From positions 1 through 64,000 of the forward strand of contig JADIIX010000113.1 of NCBI GenBank assembly GCA_027604505.1: DNA of 64,000 nt, read 5' to 3'. Of this stretch, positions 36,145 through 47,227 are shown piece after piece. This DNA is from Gonapodya sp. JEL0774. Lineage: Eukaryota. Position 1 is the stretch's first letter; the number at the start of each line of letters is the position of its first letter. The position numbers were made by a program, and so were the translations under genes. The notes under the pieces were generated by a model. It had not been told where the DNA came from. It searched no databases and saw only the letters and a program-made list of their open reading frames with translations.

Positions 36145-37446
36145 ATGGCATCAAAGAAGATTGTGAGATTTGAGGAAATGGTCTATGATTCTGGAACTGG
36201 CACAGACTCACCGTTGGCGTTGCTAGATTTTGGTTACTGGCGCAACTGGAAAGCAAGGTGGCGCATGCATCGACTGTCTCCTTGGTCATCCAGACAAGTT
36301 TTCCCTGCGAGCGATCTCTCGTGATCCATCCTCATCAACTGCTGCAAAACTCCAGGCCAAAGGAGTTGAAGTGGTGAAAGGGGATCTTGATGACGCACAA
36401 AGCGTGTACGACGCATGTCACGGCGTTTACGGAGTGTTTTTGGTGACGGTGCCGAGTTTTGGGGACAGCAACGCTGAACAGCGACAGGGTATCGCGAATA
36501 TTGATGCAGGTGAGCACCACGTTGAATGCATACTTAAGTCAAGATGAAAGAGTTCCAATCAACCTTGTTGCAGCGCTAAAGGCTGGCGTCCAGTACTTCG
36601 TCTTCACATCCGCCCTCGGGGCAGACTCGGAAATTGCACGGTGAGTTCGGGGAACCTGTATCTACGGTCTCAAACAAGTACCTAATGTGCCTTTGACTCC
36701 CTTACCAAGGCGAGTTCCCCCTTGGGAGTCCAAATTCCAGGTTGAGCAGCATCTGCAGAAAGCAGGTTTCTCTGACGGCTGGGCCATCATTCGTCCACCT
36801 GGCTTTTATGAAAACGTTTTCCAATTTGGGCCAACTGTGAAAGGTAGCCTGGGGTTTTGGTATGCGGAATCACCCAATGTGCCAATATTCCAGATATCGG
36901 CGAGAGATATCGGTGGCTTTGGAGCGCAGTGTTTCCTGAATCCTTCAGCATTTAGGTCAAAGATTACGGAAATTGTTGGGGAGACCTTGACGGGAAAAGA
37001 AATGTGTCAGGTGGGCGGAAGCTGTTGTTCTTTGGACACTAAATATCCGCCTACATAGTACCCTCATACGGATCCCCACAGATACTCGAGGATCTCACTG
37101 GTGTTCCTTGGACGTGGAATGTTGGCTACACCCGATACCTGCTCGCCTTCATTGCACCCAAGATAGCTTACATGACCGAAATTGATTGGAATTCGCTGGT
37201 TCAAGTAAGTTAAACGTCGCTATGCTTGGGAGAGGAAGAGCAAACCACCTCATTCATATTGTTATCTTCTTGCAGTACGATATTGAACTTCTGAAGCGAT
37301 TAAAGCCTGACGGTTTGGAGTCGTTCCGGGACTGGTGTCTGAGACAAGGCATGGCTAAGGATGGTGTTCGACCCGCTGGTGTATCAGAGTATAAATGGGG
37401 CAGAACCTGGACTCAGTGGTTTCTTGGCTGGACGGGGTTGGTATAG
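36145..37446 (+). CDS. NmrA/HSCARG-like NAD(P)-binding protein, spliced
   Basis: MASKKI|ILVTGATGKQGG, GVEVVKGDLDD, GVYGVFLVT, ESKFQVEQHL, IRPPGFYEN, ISARDIG. Confidence 0.9.
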
Positions 37447-37449
37447 GCA

Positions 37450-37558
37450 TTCGTTATAATGCGAAGTGAACAAAGTGAGGTGTCTGATGGCAATACAATT
37501 TGTTCGTTATAATTCAGAGTAAACAAAGTGAGGTGTCTGATGAGAATACAATTTGTTC
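37450..37558 (+). repeat. 53-bp imperfect tandem duplication downstream of the NmrA-like gene
   Basis: ttcgttataat..aacaaagtgaggtgtctgatg..aatacaatttg at 37450-37502 and 37503-37555. Confidence 0.85.
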
Positions 37559-37678
37559 AGCGTTGTGATTGCGCGTGTGCCGGTAGGTGGTTACGTGGGG
37601 AGGGGAATGGAGAAGAGAACCTCAATCCTTCAATAAAAGTAAACGTGCCAGACCCGATTCACATTTGCTAAACATAAA

Positions 37679-39520
37679 ATGGGCACGCTCTCACCCGATT
37701 CTGATAAACTGCCGGCATCCTGGTCGAATGGCGGCAAGTTCGCTGGTGACACGCATCCGTTCCATACCAAGCTGTTGAAAGTAGATCCCCGATCTTTCCC
37801 TTACGACGTTGATCCGGCGGATGGTGATCCTCTCGATTTGATCAGACACTCGCAGTCGCCTCGCGTCTTCAACTTGCACGCGAATCCACCAACGAAGACC
37901 TATGCAAAGGATCTGGAAGCTGTTTTCGAGGCTGCGGAGTTGCTCAGACAGGCATGTTCTGGAAGCGAAACGTTTCACTCTCCTCATTTTATCTAATATC
38001 TCATCGTGTTCATGGTCTGCTCGGATCGTCTCGGGTAACCACTCGCCCACCTCACCCGAACCAATTTTGTGTTGCAGAACCTCCCAGTCGCTATCCCCAC
38101 TGAAACTGTTTACGGACTTGCCGCCAACGCCCTCTCGGCTGAAGCTGCACTCACGATATTCGCCGCAAAGAACCGACCTGCGGACAATCCTTTGATTGTC
38201 CACGTGTCGTCCCTCGAGATGCTGCGAAGAGTTCTTCCAGAGAGACACATTGGAGACGGTCCAAAAGAGTTGAGCTGGCAAGAAGGAGTCAGTGTCGGAA
38301 CGAAGGAGTCAGTCTCAAAGGTACAAGGACAAACAGACTCCACTCTCTCCACAACAACAGTTATCTCGACCGCTCTCGACCCTATTCCACCTCATTACTT
38401 CCCACTCTTTCGCCACTTCTGGCCTGGCCCTCTTACCGTCCTCCTTCCACGCCACCCTTCGCTCATCCCCTCAACCACCGCCTCCTCGCTCCCAACAGTC
38501 GCCTACCGCTTCCCTTCTCACCCTGTTGCACGTGCACTGATTGATGCGTGTGATTTTCCACTCGCTGCTCCCTCGGCAAACTCTTCTGGTCGGCCCAGTC
38601 CCACCACAGCTCAACATGTAATGGACGATTTGAATGGAAAAATTCCTGCAGTCTTAGATGGCGGACCGTGCGAGACGGGCGTCGAGAGTACGGTCGTCGA
38701 TGGTTGGTGTACTTGGCCAGGTGTGGTACTTAGAGCAGGAGGAGTCGGATGGGAAGACGTGAGGTCTGTGGAAGGGTGGGAGCAAACGAGATGGTTCAAG
38801 CACGGCAAGGTCGGCGTGGGTGAAAGGACAAACGACGGGACAAGCACGAACACCACCCAAAACTTATCTGCAGGGGATGATGGCCCCGATTTAAAAATGG
38901 AAGCAAGTGGTGTTGATTCATCGTCATCCACTGCACCTGCTCCCGCGAAGTCTCTCCTTGACCCCGCCTATACACTCTCTATGCTCGACCGTCCGCTCAC
39001 ACCCGGAATGAAATACCGCCACTACAAACCCAACGCGGAAGTGGTAGCTGTTCGCCTTCAGATGCAGGTTTACGATTTGTCCGAATCCGCATCGCGTTTG
39101 GACAACGCCACTGGCTCAGCGGATAATCAAATAAAGATGAACGGGAAATCAATTTCGTTGAATTCTGAACTTTACACCCGGGTTATGCACGGCATCACTC
39201 TGGACATTACCCATCGTCAGCGCTCAAGTCCGCAGCAAACGACGTACGCATGCTTGCTGACCTCCACTCTCCCTGACGGCCCAGTCATCGAGCTGCCTGA
39301 ATTGCTTTTCGTTCCGTCACTGCCTAGGGGTGCCAATCTGCGCCTGTACTCACTGGGCCCGAACGATCGATCCCACGCCCGGAATCTTTTCGCGGGGTTG
39401 CGATGGGCCGACGAGGTTGGCGCGAGTGTGTGCTATGTGCAGGAGGGAGAGGAAGAAGGTTTGGGTCGGGCAGTGAAAGAGAGATTGGGAAAGGCTGCCG
39501 GCCGCGTAATTGTCGTGTGA
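37679..39520 (+). CDS. SUA5: Threonylcarbamoyl-AMP synthase; join(37679..37951,38078..39520)
   Basis: VAIPTETVYGLAANA, KNRPADNPLIVH, FWPGPLT, LAAPSANSSGRPSPT, GVESTVVD, TPGMKYRHY, ARNLFAGLR. Confidence 0.95.
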
Positions 39521-39693
39521 GGTGATCAACTTGGGGAGTGAACAGTATGAAAATGTTGTATCATTTTTCCATGTGTAGAGCATAGCAAGTTGAATAATTG
39601 TTGTGGGCTGCGTCAAGATCGAGAGTATATAATAACTTTCAATTGCAACCGAACAGCTCGAATTAGTTATATGCCCCAAGCTTCCCTTAGCAG

Positions 39694-42144
39694 TTAGCTA
39701 AGAGGAACCTGTTTACTCGTCTCCCACGCTTCAAGCTGGGCATGTGATTGCGGTTGGTTCCTCCATCTTGGTCGGAAGTCACAAAAATAGAGAACAACAG
39801 TACCAGGCATATCAGGACCCACCATCAACAGCAACCAGAAAACGTGCTCTCTGATAGCACTCACGGGTCCCTCTTACACCTCCACACCGTGCCCCTCCCG
39901 ATGACAGCCATCACAACCACGGCCCCTACCACACACGTTGCCGCTAAGAATCCAAAGAACCCCGCGTGAGTCATGCCATCCACCCCTGGTACCACCAGCA
40001 CAGCCACACAGGCGGACCAGATCAGTCGGATAAAGGTGGCGACTGCGTTGATGGAGGCAAAGGAGCGTCCAAAAATGTCCATGTAGTATGCGGAACTGCA
40101 AGTCGATATCTGATATCGAGGCGAGGGCGAGGTGAAAGGCATCGTAAACAGAATTAATTAGGTCTGACCACTTACCACCATGTTCCCATATCCGACCATC
40201 AGCAGCGCGGCGATTAAAATCTCCCACGGAATTGCGTACTGAATCCCAACGCCATAGCTGGAGGAAAAATTCGAGCGGTGCAAAGCGTAAAAAGATGGGC
40301 GGCCCATCGGCATCAACAAGGAGTGGTAACCAGGAGACAAGCAACTCACAGCACCAATCCCAATGGAACCGCTACTGCACCGACCCACATACTCCTGAGG
40401 CGATCTTCGGGGACCCATACTTTCCGCCGTCGAGTCCACACGCGGACTTGTCGGTCAGCGTACCAGCCGCCAAAGAGAGCCCCTGTGACCATGCCGATGC
40501 CGATGGTGGCGACGACGAGCCCAACGTAGAAAGTCGAGAATCCGTCTAAGGTGGTGTAATGAAGAGAAAGGGGAGGAAGGGGAGGAGGTAGGGGGTACGT
40601 GGGGGGGGGGGGGGTGTGCAAGGGTTGGAGCAGGGCAGTGAAAAACTTTGAAATTCGCCTTCGACTTTCATGCAAGTGATTAAGAACATCACCGATAGGC
40701 AAAAGCGGTAACGCACAGATTATCTTCCAGTCCCGTGGCAAACTACCTGGGAAAGCGTAGTAGGAGCCAAACACAGCCCCTTGTAACAAGGTGGGGCCAA
40801 CAACAAATACATGTCTTTGCGCCGCAAACGCCGTGATCAAGTTTCGGAATGCACTTGGCTTGTGGTTGGATTTAGCGTTGATGGTCTCGGCGGCGGGGGT
40901 TGACTTGGGGCTTAAGTTGGAGGTAGAGGAGGCGGAGGGAGATGAGGATGAAAGGCGTTCAAGGATGTCACGGTTGGTTTCGGGGAGGTAGAGGAGAGTC
41001 GAGAGGAGAATAAGGCATGCGAGGACACCAGTGGTGGTGAAGATGTGCCGCCAGCCGAGAAAATCAGCAAGAATACCGCCGACTGCGACGACCAGAATAT
41101 GGAATCACAATACATGGTGAGAGCGGTAAGCAAAGGTGGGTGCAAACAAGGAGCTTACTAGGTGGAGCGATCGCCGGACCGAGGAGAGGTCCAATCACTT
41201 GTGCGAGAAAATTGGGTGGTTGTCAGTGGCAAGCTGATCATGTTCATTCGGAGAGCGATAGCTCACTGAAAACACCCACTGCAAAGTTTCAAACAGGAAT
41301 GGCAAGGGGCGAATAATCAATTTTTATGAGTGATGGGAGATCGCATTGGCAATAGTAAAGCACCTTACCCACTTGCACGTCCCCGCTCCTCAGTCGGAAA
41401 CACGTCTGACACGACAGCGGCACCCACAACCATTCCTGCACCGCTACCAACGGCGCTTATGAGTCGTGCAGACAAGAACACTGCAATATTGGGGCTAAAA
41501 ATAGCCATGATACTGCCACCAATGTTGACAACCTGAGATATCATGAGAATGGGCCGTCGTCCTGCGGTGTCGGACAATGGGGCCCAAAAGAGCGGGGAGA
41601 CAGCCATGCCGACCTGAGACAGTGTGAGTGCCAAGTTGGCGAGTACATCGGTAGTGTTGAGGTCACGCTCAACATCTGGGAGGGCAGGTGACTATTTTGG
41701 GGTGGTGGTGAAGAATTGTCAAATATGAGAAAGGTTGGGCGTTGGGCATGTCCCAATCCGACTCACGAAAATAGTTCCCATGAGCGGGCCGAGAACACCG
41801 GTCAGAGATACAACAGCTAATATGACTCTTTTTCTCCGGAAGGTGTAGGTGCCAGCAGATGGGCCAGCCAATATGAGAGTAGCTGCGTTCCACGCTCTCG
41901 AAGATTTATTAGGGTGTGTAGATGATGTAGTAGATGAGATAATGGAAGAGCGTAGGCCATCTGCGATGTCCATGTCTTTTCCGGACTTGTGAGGTTCCGG
42001 CAGCAGTGGATCACGAGTGGTTGTGATGGTGATGCTGGACTGTCGCACCGGATCGACACCATCTCTTTCTTTTAGTAATGGGGGACCAGTATCTGTCCCA
42101 TGTTCCAGCAGCGACGTCTGTATTTTCCGCGTTTCCTGCTCCAT
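39694..42144 (-). CDS. MFS drug:H+ antiporter (DHA1/QDR-like), spliced
   Basis: SPLFWAPLSDTAGRRP (motif A), VVSDVFPTEERGRASG, GPLLGPAIAPP, WVPEDRL; 3' end inferred. Confidence 0.85.
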
Positions 42145-42408
42145 TATGCTGTTTCACCCCTGCCGATTTGCTTCCGACCTCCTACTATGGATTATGCGTT
42201 CATAGTGCTTGGCACTGGTGGGAACCCAACAATTAATTCTTAGGTTCATGAGAAAAACGACTAATATGCAATTGATTCATACATATATATTCATGATCCG
42301 TGTGTTCATTCATAACTTTGCTGAATATGCTTGATTCTATTACGTGAAAATGCTGTCCACGTGAATCGGTTGTATGATACATAGGTGGTTCACAACAACC
42401 ACCGTCAA

Positions 42409-44765
42409 TCAATTGGCATAACCCGAACGCTTTGTGTATACTTTAATCTCCCCTTTGTCCGTCCCGATCGCAAACGTGTTGACCACACCAGCAACAGTCG
42501 TAACCGTGGTGCCCGACAACAAACCTGACGTAACGGTCTCAGCTTCCTTCAACTGTGTCAGCAAATAATTTGAGTGTTCAGAGTTGTGCATCAAATGCTG
42601 CTTCCAAAACGGGAAAGGTACGCACATTGCGGTGCATGCTCAAGGTGCCATCCTCCCTAACAAACCACAGATCACCGGATGGAAACCAATGCAAATTCAC
42701 GGATCCAGGTTCCAAAGAAATGACCTTCTGAGGTAGGGGCTGCAGGTACAGTACGAATCCGGTGCATCATTCGGGGTTGAACGAGAAAATGATCAGACCA
42801 ATTTAGGATTGTTCGGCGGCAATTGCGAACACTCTGCGTTTCATTCACCTGTCGCTCCTCGTACACGTGGACTTTCAAATCGGTACCACAGGTGTAAAAT
42901 TGTGATTGTGAACGGCGTCCGATGGCGGTGATAGCCCCCAAATGCGCCTTGTATGCGAATGTCACCACATCAGGTAGTTCTGGAAAAAATCGGCACACAC
43001 GCAACACCATCGACGTAAACCTTCGCAAGCTCAATGAAAATCAAATCAAAAAATAGAAACCGCACGTGACTTTTCATTCGATCCTGCCGCTTTGGCGAGC
43101 CTCTCAGCGTCAATCGAAACCACATAGCCCAGTTCGGTGCCAACAATAACATTTCCAGAGTTCACTTGTTCCAAGCAAGCACCTAGCCAGAGATGAGCAA
43201 ACAATAGGAAAACACACACAAACATAAGCTCGAACAGTCCCGTATCAAAGCAACGTACCGCCCAAAACAGTCCTCTTCAAACGAGTGACATCAGACACAG
43301 TAGTACTACGACTTTCCGGCTTATGCCGCAACAATTTTGGGATCGAATTAAGGAGCATGACACCACTGCCGATCACAAAAGGTCACAGCGGGATTATACT
43401 TCCGCCACTTTATGTTCCCCATTTGTACGCACCTGGACTGCGGTACAAGATTCGCCCCTTCCAATCTCCATAGGAAAAGAAGCCCATCCACTGACAAGCT
43501 GAGAATCTTGAGTGAAAACGTAAAGTATTGGGTTTGTTCGATGTTGTCATCGTCACGCATTGTGTGCGTCATTTCCTCGCACCTGATAATCTCCTCTGAC
43601 CAACACCCATTTGACCTAACGATAGGTTCACTTTCAGCACCCTTACGACAAAAACAAAGCAACTTCTCATAAGGCCGTACTTGTGTAATCGGGTCTGTGT
43701 GAAGTAGTCCACCAGGACTTTTGGGTTGCCCCGAGATTCCCTTGACCAGTCCGTCAGCCGGGTCTTGATTCAAGTCCCACAGCAAGACACACCCAGTTAC
43801 TGTTCCTGCAGCAACCACAGATGGAATATCAGGGTGCCAACTGAGTGTCGGTAGGCAGGCCTGATGACAGTGGGCAACGCTGTAGCACTCTCCCGCTTGG
43901 AGAACGGTAGGTGAAGACAGTTTTTGCGGAAGGCATACCTCTGCTTTTACTGTATGACGGAGAACCGGGCTTGCCATTTTCGCCAGGCTGAATATTTCAA
44001 TGGTCCCTTTGTGTTGGCACACTTTCGAACAACGTATCTGACCACACCTTGAGTTAAAAAGGTTAGTGTATCCCCAAGAATAGTGTGGCGCCAGATGCGT
44101 GTGCATACTCACGCAATTGCTAAGAGGGTATTCGTGGAATTCCATGCCATGGCGGCGCAGCCTCCGCGAGCCCGTAACGTTGCAACAGAAACAAGCGAGT
44201 CCTTTGCAGGAGTAGAGACGTCGGACTCTCTCGCTAATAAAGCGAATGCCCATTGATCGATGAGGATTTCCACCTGATAATGGCAGGAGAGCACAATCGA
44301 TCTCGTACCTCGAGGTTGCGCTCGCAGATTCTTCAGTAGCTGCTGTGACAATGGACTTTCCACTCGGTGCAGAAACGCAACCAAGTTCGCATAGTTATAG
44401 GGAGGTGGACCGCTGGACGGAGAGAGAAGTCGGTTTCGAATGGGGTCTGTTTCGGTTTGCGTCTACAGAGTAATTTTTTCACGCCCTCGGGGCGGTTCAG
44501 TTTCATTCACTTTCGATTGAAGGTGGGGAGGTAAAAACACAGACCGACTGCGTCCTTGGAATGTCCCACTGCGACGCGGCATCTTCATTTGTAAGGGCCG
44601 AATGGGAGTCCTTGAATCTAAGTTGTTCCAAACCATCAGTATTAATTGCGACGGCCCACCGGCGGTACGGATGGAGTCCGTAAGTGTTCCAGTGTCTTGT
44701 TTTGGGCACGGTGGTGGAGGGAGCGATTCGAACGAGGCAACGAGGCCTCCAGCGTTGGTGAACAT
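42409..44765 (-). CDS. WD40 dynein intermediate chain, WDR34/DYNC2I2-like (retrograde IFT dynein-2), spliced
   Basis: AWNSTNTLLAIA, LSWHPDIPSVVAAGTVTGCVLLWDL, HTDPITQV, ILSLSVDGLLFLW parallel WDR34 motifs (SWNSTGS..., FHP..VAGG..GEVLVWDL, HTDPVSQV, VLSVATDGKVLLW). Confidence 0.7.
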
Positions 44766-45041
44766 GGGATGAATGGGGGTGGTGCCTGTGTCTGACTGGC
44801 GGCACTGATCACGTTGGCAACTTCCCATTCGCTCCTACAAAATTTACCTCAATTTGTTTGGACCAAGAACATTTGGAAGGAAACTATAGTAACTCTAGTA
44901 CATAACTACTTGACAGTGGATGAGGGCTGAGTCAGCAACCGTCCCTCGCCACATGTCGCCCAATGTGGCCACATTTGGTCTCTCGCCATTTAATTTAAAT
45001 ATTTACCAACACCACTCAATGACCAATCCCCTGTTTCGAAA

Positions 45042-45805
45042 ATGTTGTGCTCCTTACAGACTGTTCCCTACTTAACCAAGCGGTCCGCCAATCCGACCAG
45101 TGGACATCGAATCGTCGCAGCCTACACAGATGAGAATGTGATAGTCTACCAGGGTTGGTTTGGACTCTGCTGGTTCCCCCTGTCACGTTTATCTGCTTGC
45201 TAAAATTTGGCAATCCAATTCTAAACCCCCTTTCCCGCTTGCCAGTGTGCTCTTCCCAGCTCGCCGATTCTTACCTCGACAACGGGAACCTCGCCGCTGC
45301 ATCTTCCCTTCCCACTAAGCGTCTTTGGTTGCGCCCGAGCTTCATTTTGAGCTGCTACCGATGTGGTTGGACAACATGGCCAAACAAGGATCGAATCCTC
45401 GCCGTCACGCTCACCCGATCAGCCTTCAACTCCTTGCTCAAAGAGGGAGAACCCTCGATGCGACGAAACGCCTTCGCTGTTCCCAAGTTTGATGTACAGC
45501 TGCAGTGGACACCGGAGCGGGCTCCGGATGGAGGTTGTGAGAGCTGGGAGGCCATCCAGTTTGGATTGAAGGGCGATGCTGCGAAGAGATACGTGACCGG
45601 TGAGGGTGTGGTGAAAGTCGAGGATGTCACGATGTTTGTGAGGGAGAATAGGCAAAAGGCCGCTGAGATGGGATGGGGTGCGCTCCAAGTGCCGGACGAG
45701 AAGGAGTATGATGGGGAGACACTGAGTGTAGAGGAGTTCCCCAACGGGAGAGATGTGCAGTTATCGGACTCCGATAGAGAAGAGTATTTCTTTGGTGATT
45801 TTTAG
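45042..45805 (+). CDS. DUF4291 family protein, one intron (about 45154-45245)
   Basis: HRIVAAYTDENVIVYQ, WLRPSFILSCYRCGW, RILAVTLTRSAF, VQLQWTPER, AIQFGLKG, VKVEDVT. Confidence 0.75.
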
Positions 45806-46593
45806 TCATGCTGATTGAATAGACAAGTTTGAATGGACAAGTTTGTTCGAGTGGAAAACGGCGATGGTTCAAGGGATACATATTAATCCGCAAGTCATGG
45901 TCAGTGATACCGTGCAGGCAAGTCAAGAATCTCTGCATAGTTCCGCCGTGCGTCACCCAGCCACCAAGGAGAATGCACGAAACAATAAACCAGCGTATGA
46001 AAAGGCCGCTCATCCGAACTCTGCGACCAGTGAGTAGGAGGAGCGCAGTTAGTGGGTGGGTACTGTGGGTATACAATCGGAATTCTAGTGGATCCGTATT
46101 TCTCCATAGGGTGAATGCAAAACGCTTGAAAAGTCTGGAATGAGGAGTCCGGCAGTGCACGTTTCACTTGAGAGTGAGTGATTGCATACCCCTGACAGAA
46201 AGGGATGGAAATAGGTACTGCTATATGTACAACAAAACCAACACCCTTATTCAACGGGATGAGGAGTTTCTTGCTTCTCACTGCCTATTGTTCCAGGTAG
46301 ACGTTCAGGGACTTTCTCTCTGTGGATCTCACCATCCAAAACCCGATAATCTACAAAATTCCCTTCCGTGTAGACACGAAGTATTCCTTCTTACATGGGT
46401 TCATGTTCATTCTCTCACTATGAGAAGCATTGTTCGATTTCAATTGGTGGTACGCCGATTCACCAACGCGCGCTCTCCACTTACCCAATCCCTCCTTCTA
46501 CATGCATCCCGGTTCACTTAAACATAGCGGATCCAGGGTCGATCTCGGCTGGTTGAAAGTTAAGATCATCAGGAGACAGTCATGTTTGAAACC

Positions 46594-47151
46594 TCAACCT
46601 CGTCCCTTGAACCCACCTTCGAGTTTGTGGTACATGCTCATTACAGAATCTCTGTTGGAGATTTGAGCTTGAAGTGGTGGTTGAGATTGGTTCGCAAACG
46701 TCCCTGAGTGCAAGCTTCTTGTAGTGACTTTTTCATGGTTAGCAGGAGGGCTGCCCGTGGATGTGATCTGTCCTGGTCGTGCGTATGCCTCTTCAGGAAT
46801 CTTTCCATGCTGCGAGGGAAGATCGATTTTTTCAGACAGACTTGGCCGCCGGGACCTCATTGTAGCCATAGTAGCGTGATGAACACCGAAACTCAGACCC
46901 GTTTCGGCCTGCCCGCCGGGTGGAACAATTGCAAGTTCGCTTGCCGAGCCGAAGAAGAGAGCCTCCGCGGAAACTGCTGTTGGCTCAACCAATGGGGGGA
47001 TGACGTCAGATGACGGACTTAGGAGGGGCGGTACGTCCGGTGCCGGGGTCGCGAGGTAAGGGTGAGTGAGAGCATCTTTCGCTTCGTCTTCTAGGAAGGA
47101 AGTCATGGCAGCAGAGGGTTGTGTGAATCTTGGGGTTGGTGAGACTTGCAT
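46594..47151 (-). CDS. Hypothetical Ser/Pro-rich protein (first exon or fragment)
   Basis: Long open frame (46594..47262) with protein-like composition; no recognisable domain and downstream exons unresolved. Confidence 0.3.
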   Translation of the reverse strand: MQVSPTPRFTQPSAAMTSFLEDEAKDALTHPYLATPAPDVPPLLSPSSDVIPPLVEPTAVSAEALFFGSASELAIVPPGGQAETGLSFGVHHATMATMRSRRPSLSEKIDLPSQHGKIPEEAYARPGQITSTGSPPANHEKVTTRSLHSGTFANQSQPPLQAQISNRDSVMSMYHKLEGGFKGRG

Positions 47152-47227
47152 TTGAAAAACTTCGAGCCCGTCTTCGCAACTTGTTTGAAATAGGAAGTTC
47201 ATTTTCTCAACCCATCCATGCCCGTAG

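Noticed and set aside
47040..47100. KDALTHPYLA resembling a MAPK/CDK C-terminal motif
   Set aside because: No other kinase subdomains upstream on that strand
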